Position numbers and translations under genes: made by a program. 64,000 nucleotides of DNA from an uncultured Gammaproteobacteria bacterium. GTDB taxonomy: Bacteria; Patescibacteriota; Microgenomatia; JAMCZE01. Within the stretch, counting starts at the first letter, position 1, and the number at the start of each line of letters is the position of its first letter. The notes beneath the pieces are model-generated. The model searched no databases, was not told where the DNA came from, and saw nothing but the letters and a program-made list of their open reading frames with translations. The stretch is from assembly GCA_964641255.1 (NCBI GenBank), contig CAZXMM010000001.1, forward strand, positions 873,890-937,889, given 5' to 3'. Below, piece by piece: positions 56,099 through 64,000 of the stretch.

Positions 56099-56179
56099 GC
56101 CCCATTTTAGCACCTTGAAGAGATTTTGCCGCTTGACTGGTTTTAACCTTTCTTTTAGACTGCTTTGACAAAATAACTC

Positions 56180-57199
56180 ATGGCCAAGCAAGCTAGTCCC
56201 AAAACCGCTATCATCACCGGCATCACCGGCCAAGACGGCTCCTATCTAGCCGAACTCTTACTAAAGAAGAACTATCAAGTGGTCGGATTACTGCGGAAAA
56301 CTTCCTATAACGAACCCAACAACATTGGCCATTTGCGCGGCAATGTTTCTCTAGTCTACGGCGATCTGCTCGATAGTGTGTCTCTAGTTGAAGCTCTAAA
56401 AAAGTACAAACCAGTGGAAGTGTATAACTTAGCTGCTCAGTCTGCGCCCGGCGAGTCGTGGCGAATGCCTATCCAGACTGGAGAAATCACTGCGCTGGGC
56501 GCGCACCGACTTTTTGAAGCCGTCCGTCAAGTTAACCCCCTGATTAAGATTTACCAGGCTTCATCGTCAGAAATGTTTGGAGCGGTGCTACAAATTCCCC
56601 AAACTGAAACCACCCCTTTTAATCCGGCTAACCCCTACGCCGCTTCCAAACTCTACGCCCATACAGTGGCAAAAATTTATCGCCACAGTTTTGGCATGTT
56701 TATTACCTGCGGCATTCTTTTTAACCACGAAAGCCCCCGGCGCGGCCTTGGCTTTGTGACGCAAAAAGTCGCTTATGGAGCCGCCTGCGCCAAGCTGGGA
56801 ATCAAAACCTCCACCGCTCTTAATGAAGAGGGAGAACCAATCGTTAGTCGGGGGAAGATTGCTCTAGGCAATCTGGAAGCCAAACGCGACTGGGGCTTTG
56901 CCGGAGACTATGTCGAGGCGATGAAACTGATGATGGAACAAAAAACCCCCGGCGACTTTGTCATCGGCACCGGAGTTACCCACACAATCGGCGATCTTTG
57001 CCAAGCGGCTTTTAACTACGTGGGGCTTAACTACCAGAAATACGTTTTTACCGACCCCCGCTTCGTCCGGCCTATGGAAACCGGACCCCTAGTAGCTAAC
57101 CCCGCTCACGCCAAAGCGGTCCTTGGCTGGCAGCCAAAGACCTCTTTTGACGAGCTGGTGGCGATGATGGTGGACGCCCACCTAGCCAGGCTCAAATAG
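56180..57199 (+). CDS. gmd: GDP-mannose 4,6-dehydratase
   Basis: ITGITGQDGSYL, YQASSSE, NPYAASK, FNHESPRRG, RDWG. Confidence 0.96.
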   Translation: MAKQASPKTAIITGITGQDGSYLAELLLKKNYQVVGLLRKTSYNEPNNIGHLRGNVSLVYGDLLDSVSLVEALKKYKPVEVYNLAAQSAPGESWRMPIQTGEITALGAHRLFEAVRQVNPLIKIYQASSSEMFGAVLQIPQTETTPFNPANPYAASKLYAHTVAKIYRHSFGMFITCGILFNHESPRRGLGFVTQKVAYGAACAKLGIKTSTALNEEGEPIVSRGKIALGNLEAKRDWGFAGDYVEAMKLMMEQKTPGDFVIGTGVTHTIGDLCQAAFNYVGLNYQKYVFTDPRFVRPMETGPLVANPAHAKAVLGWQPKTSFDELVAMMVDAHLARLK

Positions 57200-57596
57200 T
57201 ACTTTGCCAAAGCCTGGCAAAGACCAGACGAAAGTGGGCTACCAACTCTGGATCAGTAACCAGTATCGCCGATGGGCTTTTAGGATTAAATGAGGCCAGT
57301 AGAACCTGCTTCTCTCCTACCACCAGGTCGCTCTCGGACTGACCACTTAAAAAGTGGACTTGGTTCTTGCCGCTTTTAGCCTGAGCATACTGCCGGTTTT
57401 CTTTGGTATCAGGTAGTATCTCCCGAGTAGCTAACTGATAGAGTTTGGGGGCATACTCTCGATCAAAATAGTCACCCATCACCAAGCTATAGTGCTTGGC
57501 CAAGCAAACAATATCGAGGGCTGTCTCGCCAAGCATCGCTTCGTAACCCGCTTTGATGCCTGCCACCCCAGGCAGTAGTGTTATTAATTGAGTCAT
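57192..57596 (-). CDS. Stand-alone TrmB C-terminal (effector)-like domain protein
   Basis: GVAGIK..YE, REIL, AILVTDPELV..FR.VF..LW resemble the C-half of the divergent TrmB gene. Confidence 0.55.
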   Translation of the reverse strand: MTQLITLLPGVAGIKAGYEAMLGETALDIVCLAKHYSLVMGDYFDREYAPKLYQLATREILPDTKENRQYAQAKSGKNQVHFLSGQSESDLVVGEKQVLLASFNPKSPSAILVTDPELVAHFRLVFARLWQSTI

Positions 57597-57700
57597 ATTA
57601 TTTTATCACCCCCTTTTCGTCCTTGAATTGGACAATTAATCTATGAGATGATAGTTTCGATCCTGTTATTTGGTCAAATTGACGTCCAAAAGGTGGACAT

Positions 57701-58513
57701 ATGACACAAAATGTTTTAACCGCCTTTCTCCGTGAGCTCGGACTGTCGCCCGAGGAGATAACTCTCTACCTCGCTCTTAAAGACAGCGGAGCCAGTAGTA
57801 CGGTCGGTCTGGCTAGACAAACCACCATTGCTCGAACGACCATTTACCGCTTGCTCGACCACTTAGTCGGCATGGGGCTAGTGGAAGAAATGGTGGTGGA
57901 GAAAAAATCAGTCTTTCAGATCACCCCACCAGAAAAAATTCTGGCCCTAATCAAGCACCAAAAAGAACGCTTTGTAAATCTTGAAAGTGACTTCTCAACA
58001 ATTGCCAAACTACTGTCTCAAGGAGAAGCAGAACTGGCCCCAGGAACCCAGGTTCGCTATTTCCGCGGCCCGGCGGGCATCGAGCAAATGGAATGGAATA
58101 GTTTTAACGCCAGCGAGCTCTGCAGCTATTTTTTCTTGACCTACGATGAAATTTTTGGCAAAACGAAGGCCCAAGAGTTACGAGAGGAAATTGTTCTTCG
58201 CGGGCAGCGAATTAGAAGCCTGCTCTCAGACGACGACCGCTACTTAAATAAGAAAACCCTAGACTTTATTAAAAAAAGTCCGCTTTTCAAGCCGTTCGAA
58301 TTTCGCTATTTACCGGCAGGGCAGGTCAAAATTTCCCAAACAATGTATATCTATGACAACACCGTCGCGATGTATAACTGGTACCGGGGAGAAATCGCCG
58401 GAGTAGAAATCCATAATGGCACTTTCGCTCAGCTCCAAAGACAGATTTTTAATTTGCTTTGGGATCAGGCCAAAACCCCAGATCAAGTCCTAGCTTCGAG
58501 AGAGAAGAACTAA
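57701..58513 (+). CDS. TrmB-family transcriptional regulator
   Basis: LGLSPEE..LYLAL, ARTTIYRLL..L...GLV, YFRG..GI, IYDNTVA. Confidence 0.88.
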   Translation: MTQNVLTAFLRELGLSPEEITLYLALKDSGASSTVGLARQTTIARTTIYRLLDHLVGMGLVEEMVVEKKSVFQITPPEKILALIKHQKERFVNLESDFSTIAKLLSQGEAELAPGTQVRYFRGPAGIEQMEWNSFNASELCSYFFLTYDEIFGKTKAQELREEIVLRGQRIRSLLSDDDRYLNKKTLDFIKKSPLFKPFEFRYLPAGQVKISQTMYIYDNTVAMYNWYRGEIAGVEIHNGTFAQLQRQIFNLLWDQAKTPDQVLASREKN

Positions 58514-59204
58514 TTTTCCAAACCACTGGAACCATCTACCAATTTTATCGAGGCTAAAATCTCATTATAAAGACTCAGAAACTCTGGCCGCCTGACTGAC
58601 GGTATCTGGAGTTCAACTGCAATCGGAGTATCACCCGCCACCGCTGCCGGCATTAGGTAGCTCTTGGGTTGGGACCAGGGCACATCTTCGGGTAATATGA
58701 AACGCCTTTCATTATTATCAGGATCAAGTTTGGGTGTGAGCGGCTGAGCGTCACTAGTGTTAATGGACCAACGACCATAATAAGGAGGGGCTACTTTTAA
58801 GAAATATTTCTTCTCATTGAGATAGAAATGAGCTCCCGGGACTCGTCATAACACCACTGTTTGGGAATCCTAATGTGGACTACCGTGCGATTACTAGCCA
58901 GTGGGCCAACTACAAGAAAAATCGCCAGTTCCTGGCTTTTTTCCCACTGCAGCGCTTGCTCAGTAGTGAAATTGCAATTTTTGGTGCCGGCCAACTCTTG
59001 CTCCAAGGCCATTAGTCGACCTTCAAGAAGATCACTGCGATCATTTTGAATTGTGACCAGGTTTCTGGCTCCTTGGAGCTCGGCGAAAATGGTCTGAGTT
59101 TGACCATAGAAATAGTAGGCCGTAGCAGCAATAACCACCAGGAGAAAAAATAAGCTCCCGAGTAAGAGCTTAAAGTAGAGCTGGGAGTCAATTTTAAGCT
59201 TCAT
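58510..59204 (-). pseudogene. Frameshifted membrane-anchored secreted protein
   Basis: ORF 59204-58797 continues in another frame (YLNEKKYFLK...LYNEILASIKLVDGSSGLEN*) to TAG at 58510-58512; shift lies within ~58800-58846. Confidence 0.65.
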
Positions 59205-60517
59205 TAGGACTTCTTCTTACCAATAATGACCTCGATTTTGTTATCACTACCCGACTGGGTTTCCACTTCGACCACTTCGTAAGTCTGGGAAATAGTTTCC
59301 TTTAGTCTGTTAATAATCTGCTCAGGAACGCCACTGGTGACCAGAAGTTTGGTCGTTACAAAGGCGGAATTGCTAGCATTTTTAGTTTCCACAATATTAA
59401 AACCCTCGGCCTTAAGAGTCTCTGCTAACCTCCCCGCTTCACCAGTCACCCGGGTGCCGTTAAGAACGGTAACTGAAAAATCTCCCGGTTTGGGCTCAGG
59501 AGCTACCGGTTTAGCCACTGGCTCAACAGTCTTTTTAACCACAGTTTGACTAGTGGAGGTAGTCGTTTGGCCACTAAAGGTTTTAATGAGGATAAAAACT
59601 AAGCCAAAACCCAACAACAGAGCTCCCACCAGCAGAAAAATCTTCTGGAGTGGTAGTGCTTTAGCAGTAAAGTTAAATTTGGGGAAACTAACCCCCAGTA
59701 GTAGGCTATGCAGCCCACCCCGACTGGATAAACTAAGAGCGGCGTTGGTCAATAGGTCGTAAATATCACTTTGTCCGAGGTGCTCAATAGTGACTCCCCG
59801 TTCTGTACGAATTTTGGCTAAAATTGCTTCATCGATGATTCCAAGGGTAAAAGCTCGTTTGACTTCAAAAAGATTGTGGGTCGCGATAAATTCGCCAAAC
59901 CGGCCGGCAAAAACGTCTTTAGGATAGTGCGCCACCTCAGTGATACCACCATTGGTAACCGCTGCCACCGTAATGTCTTTCTCTGAAGGAACCAACAAAA
60001 AATACTGACCAGTTTGAGCAAAAGCCTCAGCAGCGATATTAATACTACTAACTACCGCGGTGATCTTTTTCCCGGCCGTAAGGAAAGGCCGCTCAAAATC
60101 TTCAACCAACCGCCGCTCAAAAGCCACATAGGTGATATCTGAAGTTGGTTTCTTTTCCTTAATTTTGATTTCGTCTGGGAAAATCAGCAGTTCTTCCTTA
60201 AAGTAAGGCAGCGACCGAATAAACGATTCGACTGAGTCAGTGGCGGGGATAGTTTTGGTAAAGGTTTTATCGGGGGGCACAAATAGTAGTACCTCACTGG
60301 CTTCATTAAGTGGTGGTTTCTGGGCAAAGGCAATACCAATTTGGGCAGCAAATTTGGGCGGATCAGCAATAAAAGCGTCACGCAACACTGCTTCCGTAAA
60401 ACTGATTTGCCCGGCAAACACCCGCTCCACTTTTTTGCCACTCCGGCGGTAGACCACTAATTTAGTGTTGTCCTTTTCTAAAAAGACTGCCAGAAGCGAA
60501 CTGGGAATACGGGCCAT
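59204..60517 (-). CDS. Membrane protein with LytR C-terminal domain
   Basis: VTVLNGT.VTGEA...A..LK..GF, IEVIIGK; TM in the middle. Confidence 0.8.
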   Translation of the reverse strand: MARIPSSLLAVFLEKDNTKLVVYRRSGKKVERVFAGQISFTEAVLRDAFIADPPKFAAQIGIAFAQKPPLNEASEVLLFVPPDKTFTKTIPATDSVESFIRSLPYFKEELLIFPDEIKIKEKKPTSDITYVAFERRLVEDFERPFLTAGKKITAVVSSINIAAEAFAQTGQYFLLVPSEKDITVAAVTNGGITEVAHYPKDVFAGRFGEFIATHNLFEVKRAFTLGIIDEAILAKIRTERGVTIEHLGQSDIYDLLTNAALSLSSRGGLHSLLLGVSFPKFNFTAKALPLQKIFLLVGALLLGFGLVFILIKTFSGQTTTSTSQTVVKKTVEPVAKPVAPEPKPGDFSVTVLNGTRVTGEAGRLAETLKAEGFNIVETKNASNSAFVTTKLLVTSGVPEQIINRLKETISQTYEVVEVETQSGSDNKIEVIIGKKKS

Positions 60518-60526
60518 AACTGTAGT

Positions 60527-61147
60527 CTAACAAATTATTCCCCGAACGAAAAGAGGCCGGTGCCACCGGCTGACTCCTAAAACCGCTAAAGCCTCGAGGT
60601 GCTTTTTTGTTCCATAGCCCTTGTTGTTAGCCCATTCATAATCAGGAAATCGCTCGTGAAGCTTAACCATAAGCTCATCCCGATAGACTTTAGCTATAAT
60701 TGACGCGGCGGCAATTGATAAGGACTGCTCATCTCCCTTAATGATCGCAAGTTGGTTTTTTAACCCAACACCCCTCGTGTACTTTAAAGGAAAGGCGTCA
60801 ATGAGCAGAAATTTCCCCTCGCCCCTAATACAGCTCACGGCCTGACGCATCGCCCGTTCGGTGGCTCTGACTATCCCGACTCTATTAATAGTAGCCACAT
60901 CCACCACTCCGATCCCCCACCCCAATGCCTGTTCTCGAATAAGATTATCTAGCTGCACCCTCTTCAGGGCTGACAATTTCTTGGAGTCATTAATACCCAA
61001 CCCTGCCCAATCTAGCCTGCGCCCAAGATATACAGCCCCAGCCACTACCGGACCGGCCAGTGCCCCCCTACCAACCTCGTCCACCCCGATAATTCTAAAC
61101 CTAGGATCCAGTGTCGCTTCGAAACCAAAATGTGGGGCGGCTGTCAT
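60527..61147 (-). CDS. rnhB: Ribonuclease HII
   Basis: GVDEVGRGALAGPV, DSKKL, KGD, AAASIIAKV.RD, NKGYGT. Confidence 0.97.
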   Translation of the reverse strand: MTAAPHFGFEATLDPRFRIIGVDEVGRGALAGPVVAGAVYLGRRLDWAGLGINDSKKLSALKRVQLDNLIREQALGWGIGVVDVATINRVGIVRATERAMRQAVSCIRGEGKFLLIDAFPLKYTRGVGLKNQLAIIKGDEQSLSIAAASIIAKVYRDELMVKLHERFPDYEWANNKGYGTKKHLEALAVLGVSRWHRPLFVRGIIC

Positions 61148-61238
61148 CTTGCTATTTTAGCAAAGAACGACTATACTCCCCTTGACAGTCGCTAAGAAGA
61201 CTGTTTTTTATTGGCAGTAAGAGTAGAATTATAGTTGT

Positions 61239-61469
61239 ATGGCAATTGGCGATAATTTCACTGTAACCAGACCAGATTTTGGCAACAATCCATTAACTTT
61301 TTTCAAAGAAGCAGTGGCCGAGCTTAGGAAAGTCACTTGGCCCAAAAGAGATGAAATCATTAAACTTACTGCCGTAGTGATTGCCGTGAGCGCTCTAGTA
61401 GGAATTTATTTAGGGGGACTGGATTTTGTCTTTGCCAAAATAATTGAAATCATTTTAACTAGTAACTAA
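61239..61469 (+). CDS. secE: Preprotein translocase subunit SecE
   Basis: ELRKVTWP plus TM; upstream of nusG. Confidence 0.95.
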   Translation: MAIGDNFTVTRPDFGNNPLTFFKEAVAELRKVTWPKRDEIIKLTAVVIAVSALVGIYLGGLDFVFAKIIEIILTSN

Positions 61470-61473
61470 CCCT

Positions 61474-62121
61474 ATGAACGACGATCAAGCCAACAATATC
61501 AAACCCATCCTTGATGAGGATGAAGTGGTGGCTATCCCAACAGCACCAGAAGTAGCAGCTCCCGTAAATGACATTACACCCGCTGCCGAAGTCCCGAGTA
61601 ATGCTAAGTGGTACGTGCTCCACACATACTCAGGTCATGAGAACAAAGTGGCCGCGGCTATCAAACAGAGAATTGAGGCCATGAAGATTACCGGCCGCGT
61701 CTTTGACGTGTTAGTCCCTACTCGCGAAACCGTGGTCGTTAAAAGAGGAAAAAAGGAAGAGATCAAGGAAAAAATCTTCCCGGGCTATATTCTCATTCGC
61801 ATGATTGTCGATGATGACTCCTGGCTCGTGGTCCGAACCACACCGGGAGTGACCGCCTTCGTGGGCATTGGCAACCGCCCAACCCCCTTGTCTGACAAAG
61901 AAGTTAACGCTATCTTGAAGTTCTCAGAACTAGCCGCTCCCAAATTTAAAGCTACTTTCACCGCCGGGGAAGCCGTTAAGATTGTGGATGGTCCGTTTGC
62001 TGACTTCCTAGGGGCAGTCGAGTCAATTGATGATGCCAAGGGCAAAGTCAAAGTCCTAGTCTCGATCTTCGGCCGAGAAACTCCCGTGGAACTAGATTTC
62101 TTACAAGTATCAAAGCTGTAA
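61474..62121 (+). CDS. nusG: Transcription termination/antitermination factor NusG
   Basis: WYVLHTYSGHE, FPGYIL, GPFADF, IFGRETPVEL. Confidence 0.98.
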   Translation: MNDDQANNIKPILDEDEVVAIPTAPEVAAPVNDITPAAEVPSNAKWYVLHTYSGHENKVAAAIKQRIEAMKITGRVFDVLVPTRETVVVKRGKKEEIKEKIFPGYILIRMIVDDDSWLVVRTTPGVTAFVGIGNRPTPLSDKEVNAILKFSELAAPKFKATFTAGEAVKIVDGPFADFLGAVESIDDAKGKVKVLVSIFGRETPVELDFLQVSKL

Positions 62122-62139
62122 TTTGTCATTGTCTGTCAT

Positions 62140-62667
62140 ATGAGTAATGATGCCGAGAGAAGAGTCCAGCAATGGGGCGCAGAACTAGCACTAGATAAGA
62201 CCACAAGAGAAATAGAACGGGTGGTACAGAATTACCTCAAAACGGATGACCTACGACTACAGCCTGATTTTGATGAGTATGTAACCATAACCCAGAGCAA
62301 TATCCTCGAACTCTTCAATGGTTTAACTGAGTCCACTGTTAAGAAACTACTAGATCAAGTTCTTGGGGACCAACCCGTACCTAAGGGGTGTGCAGATTTC
62401 GATAAATTTATGGCAACACGGTTTGCTAATATTGACCCACGACTGAACTTTCAAGTCAAGGTCAAAACACATCTTACACGAGCCGCACTAACCTTAGTCC
62501 ACATTGAAAAAACCTGTAGGAATGACGTCCCTATGATGCACCACCCCGCTAGCTATGCTCAATTGGTAGGCTCAACTTATTATTTAGTCGCGGCCAAAGA
62601 ATTGAGTAGGACACTATCCCCTAACGCTCCCCAGACTCTTAATGACGATCACTGGTTTACCCCATAG
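62140..62667 (+). CDS. Hypothetical protein inserted between nusG and rplK
   Basis: 175-aa ORF, no recognisable motif. Confidence 0.6.
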   Translation: MSNDAERRVQQWGAELALDKTTREIERVVQNYLKTDDLRLQPDFDEYVTITQSNILELFNGLTESTVKKLLDQVLGDQPVPKGCADFDKFMATRFANIDPRLNFQVKVKTHLTRAALTLVHIEKTCRNDVPMMHHPASYAQLVGSTYYLVAAKELSRTLSPNAPQTLNDDHWFTP

Positions 62668-62816
62668 AGTCTCGTACACACTTTGACAATTGTATTCTTT
62701 ACTTTTTTTCGTACTAACTCTATAATCTCTCTACCAGTTACGCTGGGAGGCTAAAGCCGAATATAACTTCTCTACCCCCCGGGTAGTTTTGTCTTCGGCT
62801 GACCCTAAAAACCCAT

Positions 62817-63245
62817 ATGGCCAAGAAAGTTAAAACACTCATTAAGCTCAACCTTCCGGCTGGCGAAGCCACCCCAGCTCAACCCGTTGGTCCCGCCTTG
62901 GGTCAGCACGGTCTTAACATCATGGAGTTTGTTAAGGCTTACAATGAAAAGACCGCTTCGCAAAAAGGTCAGACCATCCCCGCTGTGATTACTGTCTATG
63001 ACGACCGCACTTTTACTTTCATCACTAAAATTGCCCCCGTATCCGCACTCATTAAGACGGAACTAAAACTTGAGTTAGCCTCCCACAAACCCGGCCGAGA
63101 GGTAGCGGGACAACTAACTAGGGCTCAAGTTAAAAAAATTGCCGAAACTAAAATGGAGGATTTAAATGCTAACGGCAATATTGAAGCCGCCATGCGAATC
63201 GTCGAAGGAACAGCGAGATCGATGGGTATTAAGATTATCGATTAA
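62817..63245 (+). CDS. rplK: 50S ribosomal protein L11
   Basis: [23 protein letters not shown]. Confidence 0.98.
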   Translation: MAKKVKTLIKLNLPAGEATPAQPVGPALGQHGLNIMEFVKAYNEKTASQKGQTIPAVITVYDDRTFTFITKIAPVSALIKTELKLELASHKPGREVAGQLTRAQVKKIAETKMEDLNANGNIEAAMRIVEGTARSMGIKIID

Positions 63246-63290
63246 ATTGATTTGGATCTTGTTTCTTAGATTTTAGTTATTTGAGTCAGT

Positions 63291-64000
63291 ATGGGTAAAG
63301 TAAAAACCGTAGTCATGGGAGATGAAGTCGCCGAGGCCGCAGCCAGAGAAAAGGCCAAAGCTAAGAACGTGGCCAAAAAGGCAGAAAAAAAAGCTAAAGA
63401 ACAACCACAACCCGAACCAGTCGAGGCCACTCTAGACACTCCTCAAGCCAAAAAACCAGTGGTCAAAAAAGCCACCCACACGGGACGTTATAATTTTGCT
63501 CCTGGTAAGAAATACACTCAGGCTAGTAGTTTAGTGGACAAAAACCACCTCTACTCCTTAAGTGAAGCGGTGACGCTAGTCCAAAAAACTTCCTATTCCC
63601 GCTTTGATGGTTCAGTCGAACTCCACGTCAATGTGCTGGATAAGGGAATCAGGGGCATTGTCTCCCTGCCTCACGGTACTGGTAAAACAGTGAGGGTTAA
63701 AATCGCTGATGATGAATTACTCACTAATTTGGCTGCCGGCGGCAAAATTGACTTTGATATATTGGTAGCTAGTCCCGAGATGATGCCCAAACTAGCTAAA
63801 GTAGCTAAGATTTTAGGACCCAAAGGACTCATGCCTAGCCCCAAAACTGGCACCATTGGACCCGACCCCAAAAAACTAGCTAGCGAACTGTCCCAGGGGC
63901 AACTCCAGTGGAAAACTGAAGCTCAAACACCAATCATTCATTTGACTCTGGGCAAAGTTAGCTTTGATAGTAAACAATTGGAAGAAAATCTCGAGGCTAC
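63291..64000 (+). CDS. rplA: 50S ribosomal protein L1 with long Lys/Ala-rich N-terminal extension (runs off the window)
   Basis: Manual translation: RFDGSVELH, RGIVSLPHGTGK, LGPKGLMPSPKTGT. Confidence 0.96.
   Translation, partial: MGKVKTVVMGDEVAEAAAREKAKAKNVAKKAEKKAKEQPQPEPVEATLDTPQAKKPVVKKATHTGRYNFAPGKKYTQASSLVDKNHLYSLSEAVTLVQKTSYSRFDGSVELHVNVLDKGIRGIVSLPHGTGKTVRVKIADDELLTNLAAGGKIDFDILVASPEMMPKLAKVAKILGPKGLMPSPKTGTIGPDPKKLASELSQGQLQWKTEAQTPIIHLTLGKVSFDSKQLEENLEA

Noticed and set aside
62735-62770. L1-binding leader upstream of rplK
   Set aside because: The position and a GGGAG-GC-TAAA-GCC hairpin are suggestive, but I could not confirm the motif by eye.
702-63871. Numerous short ORFs antisense to or nested in well-supported genes
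   Set aside because: Shadow ORFs with no motifs, overlapping conserved genes.

Overview
Bacterial chromosomal window, standard genetic code (TGA used as stop). Gene content and style suggest a Patescibacteria/CPR genome of the Microgenomates type (inference): short EF-Ts, L1 with a long N-terminal extension, many -10 boxes just before ATG, and an HTH-LAGLIDADG-like ORF abutting a tRNA. Core blocks are frr-tsf-rpsB, a folate/pyrimidine-thymidylate cluster (folD, glyA, tmk, HD hydrolase, double-length thyX, dcd, pyrG), topA-dprA-pbp2-mreDCB, def/fmt, rpmB, rpmG, murF, sodA, gmk, gmd, rnhB and secE-nusG-rplK-rplA, plus four tRNAs (Thr-TGT, Tyr-GTA, Thr-GGT, Trp-CCA). The most striking structure is an integron-like array at ~37.7-46.25 kb anchored at the 3' end of tRNA-Trp. 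Ten 1-2-gene modules (YdcF, an ABC-F with leader peptide/attenuator, three GNATs, an AbiEii pair, GT2, Fic, a RelBE-type TA pair, a membrane protein) are each separated by a copy of a ~35-55 bp two-armed repeat (GCRTAAAAAGTTCGAATnnnnTCTGCCCAGGGYTGC plus a right arm). The right arm is also fused directly to the tRNA, replacing its CCA. The repeats vary mostly at third-codon positions of an antisense frame (QPWAEDIRTFY), several carry REP-like insertions, and no recombinase is recognisable in the window.
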